The notes under the pieces are model-generated. The model ran no database searches and was not told where the DNA came from. It saw only the letters and a program-made list of their open reading frames with translations. From positions 170,562,001 to 170,626,000 of the forward strand of contig NC_042999.1 of NCBI RefSeq assembly GCF_006345805.1: a DNA stretch of 64,000 nt, in the 5' to 3' direction. Below, one piece after another: positions 1-14,103 of the stretch. Each line of letters begins with the position of its first letter. The first letter of the stretch is position 1. The stretch is from Octopus sinensis (taxonomy: Eukaryota). A program made the position numbers and the translations under genes.

Positions 1-164
1 TTATATTTTTATAATTAAATTTTATTAACAATTGTATATAAAAGGTTGTTAAAATACCTTGTGTATTGTTGACGTATAAGTAAATTATTGTTCATAAAAA
101 GGTATCCCTCTCAGCACATGGCTCTGATGTTGCCCTACTACTCCTGCTCATGATCAGAGATGTA

Positions 165-512
165 GGATCTTTTCGGTTTGAACGGCAGTTTTTAACATAA
201 TTTCTAGGTAACTAAAAAATTTTAAACTTCGTATACTGATAGAATGTGTTTATAAAACATCTTTTCCTCTTGGCTTTATTGAGAAAATTCTATAGTTTGT
301 AAGATATTTGGTCTCTAATTTCTTGTATTTCGGCAATTTCAACCAATCAATGACGTCTATTGAGGTGAAAACATTCTGTGCCGTATGAATATGTCCCTCG
401 TTTAAGAAACAGATTGGGTTTATTTACATTTGTGAAGAAAAAAAAGATACCCTTCCCCCACCCCTAACCCTAACCCTAACTAACCCTATATCTATTTTAG
501 ATTTAGGGTTAG
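165..512 (+). repeat. Dispersed-repeat-like fragment ending in (CCCTAA)3 telomere-like repeats
   Basis: ccctaaccctaaccctaac at 462-480 and ttagggttag near 503; element class not determined. Confidence 0.45.
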
Positions 513-856
513 TCAGAGGTAAATCTATCTGAAATGTAATGGAAAGTAGATCAGTTTCAAAACATTGATATCCAGGCCAAAAGCAAAATTCGAAGGATAT
601 TGTTGTAATTTCCTTTGATATCCAGATAGAAGCAAATAGGAAATACCAATTACTGACAAAAAACAAAAAACAATCAAACAAAAATTTACACAGAGCAAAG
701 GGTTTTAAATGAGTAGTGCTCAGAAAATTAACATGTACCTTCAAAGAGAATTTTAAAAATTGAAATTGCGAAATCTAAATTAGGGTAGGTATGCTAAAAA
801 TTGCCGTGGGAACAATCTAGTGTTTGTTGTTTTGTTCCGATAGATTATTATCATCA

Positions 857-915
<59 letters not shown>

Positions 916-1247
916 CTTTTTGCATGTCTTTTTTTTCTTCATTAATTTAAGTTCATCTCCTTTCAGTTACTAAAAAGACATTAACTTCTCATAAACAATA
1001 AAATTGGTTTTAACAATTTGCTTTAGAGTAAGACGAGGGATTGGCAGGAAATTGTGGCAACTGCGCAAGGTCATAAATTCAAAATTGTTGCAATTCAGAA
1101 TAGTTGCAATCGTGCCGCGTAGTAAGTCACAAAATCTACTCATTTCAATTGGCCTACCTTCCTACCTACCTACACACCTACCTACCTACCTACCTACCTA
1201 CCTACCTACCTTCCTACCTATATACCTACTTACGCACACACATACAA

Positions 1248-1280
<33 letters not shown>

Positions 1281-1829
1281 CATAAATATATACACACATG
1301 TAATGTTTGTGTGTGTGTATTTTGACAAATTTAAATAATTTTACTTACATGTTTTGGTGTAGAATTTTTTATATGTAACTATATTTGTTTGAATTTTTTA
1401 TTGTAAAGCGAAAACACGCTTAAAGTTGAATTTTTCCTGGTTCTATAAAGAGAGAAGGTTATGAAATTGTTTATTGATAATTTAAATTTTGTGACTTAAA
1501 AAAAATACTATTCTTATGTTTTACGTGATATGCTTCTGGGAGGACCCATTCAAATCCCTGCGCTGCTGTTGTTATCATGAGGTTATTCTCAAAGACCCTG
1601 ATGGATGGTTGTCTTATTCCTGTCTTACTGAGAGAATCCCCGCACCCCTTCTCTGCTGGTTTGACCGGCATGTTCATTACTAACGCAAAAAGAGACACTG
1701 ACATCGTTCACCCTCTTATCATCCCCTACTTCTAGTTGGTGCTGGTCAGATGTCAGCTGACCAGAGGAAACCCTCAATCTGAACCTGTAGGTCTTTTATG
1801 AAGTCTTTTATCTTTTGGGCTACATGTGT

Positions 1830-1981
1830 CTCTCTAGTGCAATACCAGAGGGCGCACACTCTCCAGGGATACAGGCATCCAGCAACAGGACCTACGTAAT
1901 GCCATGATAGACCGTGAAGTCTGGCGTAGCATGGTAAATTTCATTGTCTCGACCACGGTCGAACAATGATGATGATGATGA
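1830..1981 (+). mobile_element. RTE-type LINE 3' end
   Basis: RDTGI..QDLRNAMIDREVWR-like reading followed by a (TGA)n tail. Confidence 0.65.
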
Positions 1982-3076
1982 GTGCAACTTCATTCAACTT
2001 GTGTGGTATCGAGCCATAAAATTTGACCAGGTCCAGTCACAATACAACTCGGACTGGACCTGTTGTGCCTCCCTGATGAGCTGTGTCACCACACAAATGG
2101 ATTTAAGGCATCCGGGAACTCCTAGCTTATTTCCCTTCTGCACCGACGTGTCTCTGTAACTATCGTTCATCAGAAAGTTGGTGAGTCTCTTGAACACATT
2201 GCGCCTACGCTGAGAAAGGAGATCAAGTAATACTGGTCGATATTCTCAGCTCTCTTATTTTTGCGTGTGCATACCTTTTCATTATATCTCTATGATTGGG
2301 AAACCTTCCATCCTTCAAATCACCTTCAGATCCTTTCAAAGTCGATAGAATAGCTTTGAAAAATTCTTATAAATCTTGTACAGGACTCCACTTGGGGATG
2401 GTGTTGAGTTAGATCCTTAACTTCTTTCACTTGTCATGCAAAAGTCCTCGAAGCTCAATTACACTGTTGGTTTTAGCGATCTCATAAGCCCCTTGCAGGA
2501 GCCAATATAGCCCATGATCAGAAGCCTCTTAGCCGTGACCATCCCATCTTTTTCTAGCATCCTGATCCCAGGAATATATGATCCAATGTGACCTTTTTTA
2601 AGACAGTAGAATGTGATTCCAGGGAGATTTAGCTCTCATTTCTATCAAATCGAGCGACTAATAGACGTTCCCTCGTCGACTGGTTATAATTCTAATGTTA
2701 TTTATCAGTAAAGTATAAAAAATATTTAGTGTTAAAACAATGTGAAATGAATATATATATATATGAGAATGCAAAAAATGGGACAAGAATGCAACAGGCG
2801 ACAACAAAACATCTAGACTGTTAGATGATACAAGAAGATACAAGAAAAAACAAGGACGGATCATTCGGAGTTTTCTTTCATCAGTCGAGTTCTAGATTAT
2901 CTTTGCAGTTTCGGCTGGTTATTCTCGAGACTGCTCCAATCTGGATATATTTAATTATATATGTGTTATATATATATATATAGATATATAAGATATAATT
3001 ATATATATATATATATATATAGGATATATATATGCATGTATGATGAGTATGTATGTATGATGATCTATCTATCTAG

Positions 3077-3181
<105 letters not shown>

Positions 3182-3555
3182 CATACATATATATACATAC
3201 CATATACATGGTGTGTGTATGTATGTGAAAAGAAGAAGAAACGATTTTTTAATATAGACAATGTACTCTTCTAAAAAGATAAAATAACTTGGTCGCACTT
3301 AAGAAAATAACTCGAATATAAACAATAGAGTCTTATAAGACACGATTTTTATTATTTTCCTCTCTTGTCCAGATTGTTAAGTGTAGGTTATGGCACAGAG
3401 TGTAGATTATGGCTGTCACTGCTATTAATTTAGAATTTATTTCGTAAATAACAATTTTAAGCAAATATATAAATGAATACATAAATAAGGCGAAATATTT
3501 ATCAGTAAACTGTGCCAGTCTTCATTGTTGTTGCAGAATTATTACAGATAAAAAT

Positions 3556-3577
3556 GTCTGTCTGTCTGTCTGTCTAT

Positions 3578-3635
<58 letters not shown>

Positions 3636-3654
3636 GTCTATCTATCTATCTCTG

Positions 3655-3713
<59 letters not shown>

Positions 3714-3724
3714 GTCTGTCTATC

Positions 3725-3791
<67 letters not shown>

Positions 3792-3802
3792 GTCTGTCTA
3801 TC

Positions 3803-3873
<71 letters not shown>

Positions 3874-3884
3874 GTCTGTCTATC

Positions 3885-3947
<63 letters not shown>

Positions 3948-3963
3948 GTCTGTCTGTCTATCA

Positions 3964-4022
<59 letters not shown>
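3556..4022 (+). repeat. Compound (TCTA)n/(TCTG)n microsatellite
   Basis: Directly visible. Confidence 0.95.
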
Positions 4023-4024
<2 letters not shown>

Positions 4025-4345
4025 CATATGTATGTGTGCATGTGTGTGTATGAGGGGTTGCTGAAAAGTTATTGGCTTTAAGGGCAGCGCAAAAGCCTGG
4101 TTGGAGGCCTTATCTTCCGAGTTCTTTTACAGAGCTTGGAAATACTGAAGGACCGCTGCAACAAGTGTGTGAAGCTGAGATGCGAATAGATTGAACAAAA
4201 TCACAATTAACTGGTCCTCCTGTATTTTCAGCTCACCCTCGTATGTGTGTGTGTGTGTGTGTGTGTATAATTTGTGTGTGTGTATATATAATGTATGTAT
4301 CTATGTGTGTATATGTATGTGTGTGTATATATATAATATTAATAC

Positions 4346-4412
<67 letters not shown>

Positions 4413-4415
4413 TAT

Positions 4416-4817
4416 AGGCGCAGGAGTGGCTGTGTGGTAAGTAGCTTGCTTACCAACCACATGGTTCCGGGTTCAGTCCCACTGCGGGGCACCTTGGGCA
4501 AGTGTCTTCTACTATAGCCTCGGGCCAACCAAAGCCTTGTGAGTGGATTTGGTAGACGGAAACTGAAAGAAGCCCGTCATATATATGTATATATATATGT
4601 ATGTGTGTGTGTCTCTGTGTTTGTCCCCCTAGCATTGCTTGACAACCGATGCTGGTGTGTTTACGTCTCCGTCACCTAGCGGTTCGGCAAAAGAGACTGA
4701 TAGAATAAGTACTGGGCTTACCAAGAATAAGTCCCGGGGTCGATTTGCTCGACTAAAGGCGGTGCTCCAGCATGGCCGCAGTCAAATGACTGAAACAAGT
4801 AAAAGAGTAAAAGAGTA
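4416..4817 (+). mobile_element. CORE-type tRNA SINE family B with internal microsatellite
   Basis: A-box TGGCTGTGTGG, B-box GGTTCAGTCC, CORE-like accttgggcaagtgtcttct, internal (TA/TG)n, tail ending (aaaagagt)n. Confidence 0.85.
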
Positions 4818-5484
4818 ATATATATATTAAGATTTATTTTGGTAATTTCCTGCATTCTTATACAACGTCGGATGTTTTGCCTTTATCTTAATATTGGGCA
4901 TATTGTGATATTAGGGGAGAACGAGAAAGTGGCACCAATGTCCTCTCTCGCGCAAGTCCTCTCATTTTGTATATAAAGAAAAAAAAAAAGAAAACTCTTG
5001 TGCTCCAACCCGAAGCTATGTTAAACGACTCTTGTCCAAGTTACCGCACAAATCCCTATGATTTCGGTAAAAACAAAAACCAGACGATCGAATCTTCGGC
5101 AAAGTGGCGTTGCATAATCTCTTCTACTTCTTTCTGTTTTTCTTCTTTTTATTAAATAACATTAATACCAATTCCATTCTTTTCCTATTTCATAAACGAT
5201 TGTTTGTTTCGTAGAGTACGAATCCTTATATTTTTAAAGTAGGAAAATTAAGAAGTTGTTATGCTCTCATCTTTCTCAAGGACATTCTCAATTAATTTAA
5301 GTGAAATAGTTTTTACCAAGATTTGGTACCTGATCGTGAAATTAGATCTGTGTTACTTTTTGATTTTGACTTTCACCTCACAGACAAACAGTGTTGACAA
5401 AAATATTTTATACAAGTTTTTCATTAGTCAATTGCCACTCCATATTTCTTGCCTGTATCATCATCATCGTCGTCATCATCATTA

Positions 5485-6030
5485 AAGCGGCGAGCTGGCA
5501 GAAACGTTAGCACGCCGGGCGAAATGCTTAGCAGTATTTCGTCTGCATTACGTTGTGAGTTCAAATTCCGCCGAGGTCGACTTTGCCTTTCATCCTTTCG
5601 GGGTCGATAAATTAAGTACCAGTTACGCACTGGGGTCGATGTAATCGACTTAATACCTATGTCTGTCCTTGTTTGTCTCCTCTGTGTTTAGCCCCTTGTG
5701 GGTAGTAAAGAAATAGGTATTTCGTCTGCCGTTACGTTCTGATTTCAAATTCCGCTGAGGTCGACTTTGCTTTTCACTTTTCGGGCTCTGTTAAATAAGT
5801 ACCAGTTACATACTGGGGTCGATGTAATCGACTCACCCCCTCCCCGAAAATTTCAGGCTTTGCGCCTATAATAGAAAGGATTATTATCATTATTAAGGCG
5901 GTGAGCTGTCAGAATCGTTAGAACGCTGGACGAAATGCTTACCGATATTTCGCTAATCGCTTCGTTCTGAGTTCAAATTCAGCCGAGGTCGACTTTGCCT
6001 TTCATCCTTTCGAGGTCGATAACCAGTTGA
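5485..6030 (+). mobile_element. tRNA-derived SINE family A, tandem array (dimer plus extra unit)
   Basis: Head ggcggcgagctggcagaaacgttag, B-box GAGTTCAAATTCC, body gccgaggtcgactttgcctttcatcctttcggggtcgataa repeated three times. Confidence 0.85.
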
Positions 6031-6973
6031 ACATTGTACATTTATTTACTGATTCACCTACCATTACTTTCGACAAATATAGGAAAGTTTGGGTTTCGCA
6101 GATGAGGTCAAGATAAAACAGAAACATGTCTAGAATTATCTCCCTATAATTACCGAAATATTTAGAAATAATATTAGTCAACGACCAATGTTTTTTCCTC
6201 ATTGCATTATTATTTTGCATGAGCTTTTTGATGTTCCCTGCGTTAAATATGTTAACATTAACCAAATTATTGACTCTCATACGCATGCTGTCTGAAGAGA
6301 CAGAGCAACTCATGTGACACAACGAGGTATGATTAACGCAGTGAGAAACAAACGATTTATGAATGTATCTCTTGAATGGAGGTCTTGTTCCAATAGTGGC
6401 ATTTTTTAATCCTATGTCAGACCTGATCGAACAGACCTATAATCAAAATTATCCCAACCGTGACAGCCTCATATTTTCAAATGCAGGGAATCTAGAAAGA
6501 CATCTTATCTGTTCATTTCTAAAGTGGTGGGATGTAATTTGAGGGCGATTTGACTGCCATTCCTACTTGGTCGAGGGACTATGTAGATCAGTGAAAGGCA
6601 ATCTGCTGTCTGCATGAGGTTCTGAATGGAACACCTGACCAAAAATTACCTTCACTTTTAGTAGTGCGGCCTGCTAAGTTTCATGTATTACTCGAAAAAT
6701 GCGGCCATGTCTAACGTAGATTCTCCCTCGTAAGTGCTAAGTGGATGTGAGGTGAATATCTTCCCGGATATGTAACTTTTAACATTTTTAACGATAGTTG
6801 TTTTAACAGAGACATGGTAAATCAAATACACCACAAACATTCATAAATTCACTTCAAATTTAATACACTGCACAAAATACGTCTATACTGTATTTGAAAT
6901 TAAAATCCTGGAGTTGAAATTCCGATACTCTGTCCAACCGATCACTTAGTGTTATGAAAAACAAACAGTCTTA

Positions 6974-7092
6974 GCTGTGTGGTAAGAAGCTTGCTTTCCA
7001 ACCACACGGTTCCGGGTTCAGTCCTACTGCGTGACACCTTGGGCAAATGTCTTCTATGAGTGGATCAGGTAAACGGAACTGAAAGAAACCTG

Positions 7093-7178
<86 letters not shown>

Positions 7179-7380
7179 ATTTGTGTGTCTGTGTATGTCA
7201 CCCCCCAACATCGCTTGACAACCGATGCTGGTGTGTTTACGTCCCCGTAACTTAGCGGTTCGGTAAGAGACACCGATAGAATAAGTACATGGCTTACAAA
7301 AAACAAGTCCTGGGGTCAATTTTCCCGACTAAAGGCGGTGCTGCAGCATGGCCGCAGCCACATGACGGAAACAAATAAAA
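6974..7380 (+). mobile_element. SINE family B
   Basis: Head, (TA)n and tail. Confidence 0.85.
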
Positions 7381-7502
7381 AAAATGAAACAAAAAATACA
7401 ATGCAATAAAGACATGCTGCTAATATTTGTTTTCTTTGCTGATCCAACGAGGGATCTTCTGAATACAGAAATGGAATTTCCCTCAAATCGAAAGCTGTTC
7501 CA

Positions 7503-8005
7503 GTCATTAGACTGCTGCCAAGCTGGAGCACCGCTCCGAAGGATTTTTTAGTTGAATGAATCGACCTCAGTACTTATTTTTCTTGAAGCCTCTTTGCCGA
7601 ACTGCTAAGTTACGGGGACAAACACACCAGCATCGGTTGTTAAGCGGTGTTAGTGGCAAAGCAAAGACACACGAAGATCGCTAGCCACTACACATTCTTT
7701 ATTGTCTCTCCTTGTTTCTTTCTGTGTTCCTTTCTGTGGAAGAGCGTAGGCTCGAAACGTTAAAGACTTTTTCACTTCCCGAGCGTTATACAAATAGATA
7801 TGTTTGTTGTCTACACCATCTGTCTTCGTCTTTTGTGAATTCTCTTATATATATACATATATATATATGCGACGGGCTTCTTTCAGTTTCCGTCTTCCAA
7901 ATCCACTCACGAGGCTTTGGTCAGCCCGGGGCTATAATAGAAGACACTTGTCCGGGATGAAGCTGAATCCAGAATCTTGTGCATGTGAAGCAAACTTCTT
8001 AAAAA
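7503..8005 (-). mobile_element. SINE family B split by an HHR-bearing insertion
   Basis: Tail 7503-7665, head 7868-8005. Confidence 0.7.
7670..7845 (+). mobile_element. PLE pseudo-LTR-like fragment with HHR-like motif at 7730-7765
   Basis: CUUU-CUGUGGA-A-GAGC-GUAG-GCUC-GAAAC-GUU-AAAG; nested inside a minus-strand SINE. Confidence 0.65.
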
Positions 8006-9144
8006 AGAAAGTGTGTGTCTGTGTGTCGTGCCTACCTCACGTGTAGTATATTCGAAAGAAAGACGGGAAGGTTTCAAGACAGATCTCGCTCGATCAGGGC
8101 TCACCTGGCTACAAACTACAACAACGACAGCCAGTATCTTTCTCAACACGCTCATTACAATTCTTCACCCTACGAAAACGATAGTTAAGATAAGAAGAAG
8201 AAGAAAAAAAAAAAGGCATACAGTTTAGTGGATACAATTTCAACGAATGAAATGAGTCCTGCTTTTTCAGGACAAGAATAAAAGAAGCCAGTTTTTTTTT
8301 TTCATAGAAAGTTAGAATAGCATGACGGTCAACTGCGTTTAAGCATTTTTAGAATGAAAAGTAAAATGTATTTCCGTTGCTTGCTGTTTCTTTTGAACAC
8401 TTTCTCTCTTCTTCTTCTTTTATTTTGTTAATTTATCTACACTTTTCCCATCGATATACACACATAAAAGAAATCTCTAAGTGACAATCTTGTCTTCTTT
8501 ATGTTACAGTATGTATGTATGGTAGAAGTCTCAGGTGAAGTGGAGGGAATAGACAAAAGAATTATCACTTTAAAACTAAGTGGTGCGAGATAAACAACAA
8601 CTGCTGCTCCTCTTACTACAACAACAAAGCTATTTAATCTTATGAATTGCGTGGTTCTCAGTCTTATAAGATACCTTGAAGGCAATACCTCAAACGGGTC
8701 TCAGAACACAATACATATAATATGTGTGTATGTACATACATACGCATATATTTCTCTCTCTCTCTCTCCTATATATATTGAGGAAGGTAGCGAGTAGTAA
8801 GCGAACAGGTATTGGACATCAATAATAAGTTAATAGAGCAATGGTTATTTACAATTGTCAAACATTGTTAGTTGGGACTAATATCTCTTTCTTGGAGGTT
8901 TGACCTTAGAGACTTTAGGGCGGAGACGTGGGGATTAATTGTGGAGGGGACAGTTTGGAATTTATATTTTTTTCCTTATTCTATGTATGTCACATAATGA
9001 ATATATATTTATCCCTACAGAGACCCCCTGCTACGGTATGTATGAGAGTGACTGTATGTGTGAGTGAAGCTTTAGTCTGCCAGGTTTGAAAGAAATCTAC
9101 ATATTAAATATAAAGCAAAATTTTCAAGGTGCAAGCATGCAGGC

Positions 9145-9189
<45 letters not shown>

Positions 9190-9191
<2 letters not shown>

Positions 9192-9410
9192 AGGCGCAAT
9201 GGCCCAGTGGTTAAGACAGCGGACTCGCGGTCGTAGGATCGCGGTTTCGATTCCCAGACCGGGCGTTGTGAGTGTTTATTGTGCGAAAACACCTAAAGCT
9301 CCACGAGGCTCCGGCAGGGGGTAGTGATCCCTGCTGTACTCTTTCACCACTCTTTCTCCGTCTCTGCTTCTGTTGGTGAAAACAATGCGAACGCATTGTG
9401 ACCAGCGATA
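9190..9410 (+). mobile_element. tRNA SINE family C
   Basis: A-box TGGCCCAGTGG, B-box GGTTTCGATTCC; reverse copy at 17095-17400. Confidence 0.8.
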
Positions 9411-9477
9411 TATATATATGTATGTATACGTATATATATATATATATATGCATATATGTATATATGTATATATAGGT

Positions 9478-9850
9478 GAAGGCGCATGGCTCAGTGTGTG
9501 AAGGCGCATGGCTCAGTGGTTAGAGCGTCGAGCTTAAGATCGTGAGGTTGTGAGCTCGAATCCCGGACGGGGCTGCGTGTTGTGTTCTTGAGCAAGGCAC
9601 TTTATTTCACGTTGCTCCAGTTCACTCAGCTGTAGAAATGAGTTGCGACGTCCCTGGTGCCAAGCTGTATCGACCTTTGTCTTTCCCTTGGATAACACTG
9701 GTGGTGTGGAGAGGGGAGGCCGGTATGCACGGGCGACTGCTGGTCTTCCATAAAACAACCTTGCCCGGACTTGTGTCTAGGAGGGTAACTTTCTAGGTGC
9801 AATCCCATGGTCATTCATGACCGAAGGGGGTCTTTACCCTTTTACCCTTT
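9478..9850 (+). mobile_element. tRNA SINE family D with duplicated 5' end and (TTTACCC)n tail
   Basis: A-box TGGCTCAGTGG, B-box GAGCTCGAATCC, gtgttcttgagcaaggcact central motif; diverged relatives near 44235-44550 and 59800-60020. Confidence 0.75.
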
Positions 9851-9886
9851 ATTATATATGTATTAGGTATATATATCATATGTATA

Positions 9887-9949
<63 letters not shown>

Positions 9950-9983
9950 TATATGTATATATATATGTATATATATATATATA

Positions 9984-12900
9984 TAACTTAGAATAACTTA
10001 GAAAGTGTTTGGCCAGTATTGGCCCAGGCCATGTCTAACTTAATAGCACCACCAAGCGAAGTCTTTTAATTCAGTATTTGGGCACCAAGGCCCATTCGAG
10101 CAGAGAGTTATTGTTTGCGGAGACATATCCGGGTGTGGGTGGTTTGTCCGGGACTGTTTGAAGGAATTTGTCCAAAGACATCTTGAATTTTGTGTGGTCA
10201 GTTTCTGTTTTGACGTGTCCTGGTGTAATGTTGAAGAGAGCGGGTCCAATTGAGATGAAATAATTGTGCCGTATTGTTGTTATGAGATTTAGATTTTTGT
10301 TGTGGACGGATGGCACGTGGTCCAAGCCTTGGATGCATTTTGAAGGTGATGCCAACATCATTTGGACAGTGCTGATGGAATATTTTCCACATCATACAGA
10401 TAATGTAGCGTTCACGGCGTCGTTGGAGTGAATACAGTTTCAGCTTTTCTAGTCGACCCCAGTAGTCGAGGTCTGACATGTCATCTATCTTTTTTGTGAT
10501 TGACCTTTGGGGAGCTTCAACTTTCATAATATTCCGTTTCGTGTAGGGAGACCACAATGGGCAGCAGTATTCAAGGTGGGGTCGGGCAAAAGTGGAGAAG
10601 AGAAAGATAGTGGTGTGGGAATCTCTCGACTGGAAGGTTCTGAGAATCCAGGAACACATTCTGCGGGCCATGTCAACTTTGCTGCATATATGTGTAGCCC
10701 AGCTTATGTTGTTGTCCACGGTTACTCCCAAGTCTCTGATGTTGTTGGACGCCATGAGAATTTCTCCAGAAGGAAGGGAGTATGGGAGTTTCAGAGCGTC
10801 CTCCCTTCCAAAGTGGATCAGTTCGAATTTGTCTTCGTTTAACAACGTGTTGTTCTTTTCCGCCCATTGGACAACAGCCAGTAGGCTTATCCGATCATCC
10901 ACGCCATTGATGACCTTCTGGAGCTTGGAATCATCAGTGAAGATTCTGATGTTACTGTGTTTGATCAAGTCAGTAATGTCATTAATGTAGATGATGAAGA
11001 GAAGTGGGCCCAACACAGTGCCTGGTGGGACACCACTACTGACTTTGGCTGGGCTGGATTTGACTCCTTCGACTTCAACATGTTGGGTTCTGTTAGACAG
11101 GAAGCACTTGATCTACTGCAGCAGCTTTCCAGTTACACCAATATTGGACAGCTTTCTCAGAAGGATCAACCCTGTCAAAGGCCTTGCTGAAATCAAGGTA
11201 GATAACATCAGTGTTGGAACCCTCTCCCAAGACTCTCAAAATGTCATCAATATGATGCAGTAGCTGCGTCAGGCAATCCCTTCCATTACGGAATCCATGC
11301 TGGTTGGAGTTCAGCATATTATGACTCTCAAGGAAGTGAGTCATTCGCGATCTCACCACTCTCTCAAATACCTTAATGATATGAGAAGTGAGTGAGATTG
11401 GGCGGTAATTCACGGCAAGCGATTTGTTTCCTTTTTTGAAAACTGGGACAACAGACAGGGATAGAAGGTCTTCTGGTATATATCCAGCATCCAGTGAGTT
11501 CTGCCACAGATTGGCTAGAGGGGGTACAAGTTGGTGTTGATACATCTTCAAGACACAAGCAGGGAACCTATCGGGACCTACTGCTGAATTATGCTTGATT
11601 TCCTTTATTGCTGCTAAGACATCAGGGGCACTAAAGGTTATGTCCGATAAAGTATATTAAAGAGTAACATCACAGATACAGCCCAGATCAGTCATATCAG
11701 GATTGCTGAAAATAGAACAGTATTGTTTCTGCAGCATCTCTCCCATGGTTTTGGCATTGTCTTGAAGAGTACCATTTTCAACAATCAGAGGGCCAACAGC
11801 AGAACCAGTGACTCTGTGTTTTTTTGCAAATGAAAAGAACACTTTGGGATTGAGTTTGATCTGGCCCTGGCCACTTCAGCTCTTCTCTGACTATTGATGA
11901 TAGACATCATGTTGTTTTAGAGGTTATGTTTTTTAATCTCTAGTGACGTGATGGCAGTCAGGTTGGTGTGTTGCTGTTGACAGTATTTCAGCTTGTTGAT
12001 TTTTTTGTTAATTCTTTTAATTTTCCTGATGAGAGTTTTTCTATTTCTAGGGATTCTGCACTTAGATTTGTTTGCAGATCTTAATGGGGGGTGTTTTGCA
12101 CATATGTTCGTAATGGTGTCTACAAATGACTGCCAGGTCTTTCTGATGTTAGTGGGTGTGTATGTGTGCATGAAGGACCAATTGACTTGTGCAAGATCAT
12201 TCCTGATCGCTTCCCAGTTTGCGTTGTGGAAATCCATAGTGTCAAATGGATGGACAGGAAGGATGACGTTTGTTTTGCATTTTGGCCGGTGAAATCTCAG
12301 ATCACAGAGAACCATGTCATGGTCGGAGAGTAGGGTTTTCTCCACTGCAATATGGTGGATAGTGTCAGTATGATTGTTGAAAATTAAGTCTAGGACGTTT
12401 TTGTGACATCTCGTTGGTTCGAGCACCAGTTGGGACAGGAAGAAATCATCCATGAAGTCAAGATGCGATCCCACTGCCTCCCTGTCAGGGGTTGAGAGAG
12501 AAGAACCTGGCGGCAGGCTGTTTGTAGACCAGTCAAACCCGGGAAGGTTGAAGTCTCCCATCATTAAAATGTTGTCAGGTTGACACTGCTGAATAAAACA
12601 TTTTATGCTGTTGAGGCATTCCTTGAAGCATGGTAGGGGCGTTTGGGGTGGTCTGTAGACCCCAACTACTATTAGGTTGTTGGTTTGACTGAATACAGCG
12701 ACTGTTTCGCAGTATCCATTGGAAAATATGTTTATAGCTTCTGTTGAGAATGAATCATGAACATAAATGGCAGTCCCACCCTTTCTTCTGCCAGCACGAT
12801 CAGCACGAATGACTTTGAAATTTTTAACTTTCACCTCGGCTTCCAAGTGGAGGTTACTAAGATGGGTTTCAGTGAGGACAAAGAAAGGGATGCGGTTTGG

Positions 12901-13130
12901 ATGGGCATCGACCCAGTCCTCCAGGAATTTTATCTTCCATTTTTGAGTATTGCTGGGCATTAAGCAAAAATGTTGAGGCAAGAGAGGATGGTTTTAATTG
13001 TTTTGGTGTTTTGTTTACTTGTGTGCTTTTTAATGGCATGTGCAGTGGGGTGATAGTGGTGGATGGTGGTGGGTGATAGCTCGGATGTTTTTTCCAGTTC
13101 TTTTGCTAGATTCATTATAGCTAAAAAAGA
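9984..13130 (-). mobile_element. CR1/L2-type LINE, decayed ORF2 (APE endonuclease plus RT)
   Basis: EN ORF 11917-12981 (TETHL, GDFN, LDL, SDH); RT pieces YLDFSKAFDRV, LGPLLFIIYINDI, IFTDDSKL, RPHLEYCCPLWSP, LYSLQRRRERY; short tandem 3' tail; frameshifts and an internal deletion. Confidence 0.92.
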
Positions 13131-13230
13131 GGAAGAAGTTTCCTGTCTAGCGAACTATAGGTGACTGTGGTTGTGGTTATTTCTATATGAGTGGTTATTT
13201 CTGTATGAGTCATATATGTATATATATATA

Positions 13231-13319
<89 letters not shown>

Positions 13320-13620
13320 CAATATTATATATATATGTATAGGTACATATGTATATATGTATATATATGTATACATATGTATATATGTATATATGTATAT
13401 ATATGTATATATATGTATATATATATGTATATGAGTCACATATGTATATATATGTATATATATATATGCATATATATGTATATGTATATATATGTATACA
13501 TATATGTATACATATATAGGTATATATATGTATATAGATGTACGTATATATGTATATATACATATACACATACACACACACACATACACATATATATATG
13601 TATATATATATATGTGTGTG

Positions 13621-13817
13621 TAGAATCGTTAGCACGCCGGGCGAAATGCTTTGCGGTATTTCGTCCGCCGCTGCGTTCTGAGTTCAAATTCCGCCGAGGT
13701 CGACTTTGCCTTTCATCCTTTCGGGGTCGATAGATTAAGCATCAGTTGCGCACTGGGGTCGATGTAATCGACTTAATACCTATGTCTGTCCTTGTTTGTC
13801 CCCTCTATGTTTAGCCC
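13621..13817 (+). mobile_element. SINE family A, 5'-truncated
   Basis: Same body and tail as 5485. Confidence 0.85.
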
Positions 13818-13974
13818 CTTGTGGGTAGTAAAGAAATATATATGTGTGTGTAACTATATGATATATGTCTATATATATATGTCTATATATGTATGCATAT
13901 ATATATATATATATAATATATATCTATATATATATATATATATATAATTATATATATATATATATAATATACCA

Positions 13975-14100
13975 ATACAGGTGTGCTGAGGACAACAACA
14001 TGCAGTTTAACGCAGGTAGTTCCAGGCCCGCACCTACTGGCACACAAAGGTAACGATATGCAGACTGGATACACTGGCCCGGGAAGAATTGCAATCCCCA
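13975..14100 (+). mobile_element. Short RT fragment of a different LINE subfamily
   Basis: Reads EDNNMQFNAG...YTGPGRIAIP, an RT-internal segment placed out of order upstream of the 14104 copy. Confidence 0.55.
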
Positions 14101-14103
14101 TGG

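Noticed and set aside
6002-6322. 106-aa minus-strand ORF in non-repetitive sequence
   Set aside because: No recognisable domain, TTG start, overlaps a SINE end
9190-9265. tRNA genes suggested by A/B boxes here and at 4416, 9500, 36827, 55299
   Set aside because: They continue into SINE bodies and lack intact cloverleafs; treated as SINE heads
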